A stretch of 64,000 nt of DNA, taken from contig CAZESS010000006.1 in assembly GCA_964514975.1 (NCBI GenBank), forward strand, positions 27,193 to 91,192, given 5' to 3'. The notes beneath the pieces were generated by a model. The model did not search any database and had not been told where the DNA came from. It saw only the letters and a list, made by a program, of their open reading frames with translations. The position numbers were made by a program, and so were the translations under genes. The stretch comes from an uncultured Thermoplasmatales archaeon (GTDB taxonomy: Archaea; Thermoplasmatota; E2; UBA202; DSCA01). Shown piece by piece: positions 61,968 to 64,000 of this stretch (the stretch's first letter is position 1; each line of letters starts with the position of its first letter).

Positions 61968-63501
61968 ATAAAGGAGTAAAATGGAACAACAAAAATGGGT
62001 TCCACACATTATTGAACAGGGGGCTAGGTTTCACGTAATCAGTTGGCACACTCAAGGCCAAGTGTGTTCCTGCCCAAATTGCGTAGTTAACAAGCCTCCT
62101 GACGAGCCTTACGACGGGCCCTACTACGTATTGTCTGCACGGGAGCAAATCCGTAGACGGTACTGGCCCTACACCAACAAGCCCTGGCCATACCTCGAAG
62201 ACGTCATAGCACAACGCGACCGGCTTCTTAGGAGAGGTCGTAAATGAAACCAAAGAACTTCGTAAGGCACCCCAGAGGAGGCCACGGCAAAAGGGAAGTA
62301 AGACAGACCATCAAAGACCTCGAAAAGCAAGTCCGCTACCTAGAGTCCATAGGTGACCCTAAAAACCAACTAACCTACTTCCAACGAAGGTTAAAGTGGG
62401 CCAAGAAGAAACTGAGCAGGTTCAAGGAGTAAAACATGTTAAACGAACAACTGCAGGCGATGGTTTATGAATGGATGTCCCCTGACAAAGGGAAGGTCCT
62501 AATAACTCGTCGTACAAGCAACCCCGCTCTAACGGAAGTCACACGTCTTAGATACCATGAGACCCACACAACTTTGGAAGACAGCCTCTACATAACTCCA
62601 AACGAACCTAACATCCAACTGTTCGTAATGGTTATCGAACCGTATCTACTAGTAAGATTGAAGGCTGTAGTGTGGAAGATTGAAGAGGGCTGGTACGTAA
62701 ATTGCAACAACAAATGGTTTTACGGACACCTAGACCCTTACGTAGCGCTCGTACAAGCCCTAAATGATAAACAATTTGAGGAGGCATTGCAATGGGAGCA
62801 GACTTAAGACTACTAGCCGTAGGACCTTTTCATAAATCTTTGCTGCAAACAGAGCTCTTAGACTATCCTGCACAGTGCTACAAGAATGTGCCAGAAGGAG
62901 CCACCATAGTAATAACTGCTTACGTGGCTCCTTCCACACACCTGTCCGACGAGGTCTTGGATGCCTTCAATGTAGGCAGTACGGACTTTCACCTACACTA
63001 TATGATTGAACCTTCCATAGATACGGCCACCTACCTACGAAACCTGTCCGAAGTAGGAGCTGTCCCTGGAGACGTAGAAAGGGCAGCTAATCTAGTAGAA
63101 CGAGGTTTCAAGTTCATCATACTTCCAGACTTTTAGAAGGAGACGATATGTCAGGACATAAGCCAGACGCAATAATTTTACTAGAAGCTCTATTGGAAGG
63201 GCAAACGATCACAGCGCCCGATGGTACTCGCTACATGATGGCTGAAGACGGAGAAGTAGTGATCCCCATGACCGTATTATCAGGTCCTAACAAGGGCGAA
63301 GAAATATACGTCCACGCGGACTTAACGCTGCAAGCCCTTGTCAATATGGGGGAAAACATGAGCTTTAAGGACCTATTCATCATTTCGAGTAATACGGCTC
63401 TGAGACGAATACATAAAAGGGAAGAAAGAGGTATGATAAGTACATAAACACCAAAGTAGTCCACAAGGAGACATGGACGTAAGACTAACACACAAGGAGG
63501 C

Positions 63502-63882
63502 ATGGTGTTCAAAGAAGTTTTTGCACTAATCCTTATCCTGGCAGTAATTACGTGCGGAATAGCAACAGTATTAACTTACCAGTGGGAACAGGACAATCCT
63601 TATTACACGTACTCTGGTTTCGAGGGCCTGGATGAGCAACGATACTCCCAATTCAAACAGGCTTTAATAGATTCCAACTTCAGGGACCAGGTAAGTTCTG
63701 TACAGGTACTGTCTTCTGAACCACCCATTATAGTAAAGTGGGACTTCACAGCTGACTACAAAACAGATTTCCCATTCGGCAGCATTGAAGAAAAATCTTA
63801 CAACACCTGGAGAGCTTTCCTGGCTTCTGGGATAACAATTCTCATAGCACTTGGATGCTTCATAAAGGCAGAGTGGGTATAA
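63502..63882 (+). CDS. Two-TM membrane protein with extracytoplasmic domain
   Basis: N- and C-terminal TM segments. Confidence 0.55.
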   Translation: MVFKEVFALILILAVITCGIATVLTYQWEQDNPYYTYSGFEGLDEQRYSQFKQALIDSNFRDQVSSVQVLSSEPPIIVKWDFTADYKTDFPFGSIEEKSYNTWRAFLASGITILIALGCFIKAEWV

Positions 63883-64000
63883 TGTCAAAACTCATGAACA
63901 ACTTATGGATTCAACTTCTACTAATCTTCTTGCTAGGCCTCACAGCCTTTGCACTCGTAAACTCCTGTTTGCCGTCTTCAACTGCACAAAGTAGTGCAGA

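Larger units (their letters stand above)
48862..64000 (+). other. Dense array of small co-oriented hypothetical ORFs (phage early/accessory region), many with CxxC zinc ribbons
   Basis: Abutting ORFs, mostly 60-200 aa, with AGGAG RBS or overlapping start/stop coupling. Confidence 0.75.

Noticed and set aside
1-64000. Stop-codon reassignment
   Set aside because: Conserved genes are full length in code 11, all three stops are used at gene ends, and no suppressor tRNA is seen.

Overview
64 kb of a large, gene-dense dsDNA virus or phage-like element. It uses code 11, AGGAGG ribosome-binding sites, sigma70-type promoters, bacterial-type MetK and bacterial-type tRNAs, so the host is bacterial even though many genes resemble archaeal families; an anaerobe such as Chloroflexota is a guess only. 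No capsid, terminase, portal or integrase is visible. Transcription diverges at ~36.7 kb. The left arm (minus strand) carries: a UDG-domain/family-A DNA polymerase cut by the window edge; a ~20 kb protein-glycosylation region (compact AglB/STT3 oligosaccharyltransferase, nucleotidyltransferases, epimerase, GT2 and two GT4s, a GT-C-like membrane protein, CDP-alcohol phosphotransferase, methyltransferase, three radical SAM-SPASM paralogs) beside secreted sequon-bearing proteins; a 7-deazaguanine module (folE, queD, queE, queC, TGT/DpdA-like protein, Nmad1-like protein, a cluster-less QueE paralog, metK); recombination and repair genes; and two tRNAs. The right arm (plus strand) has a SNF2 helicase and dozens of small early-type ORFs. 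Most notable non-coding signals: two codon-biased genes each enclosed by a perfect 14-17 bp long-range stem, one of them behind tandem rrn-like promoters with boxA-like elements; three candidate structured RNAs; an anticodon-arm-deleted tRNA; and apparent ATC/ATA start codons. All assignments come from motif recognition by eye; no database searches were run.
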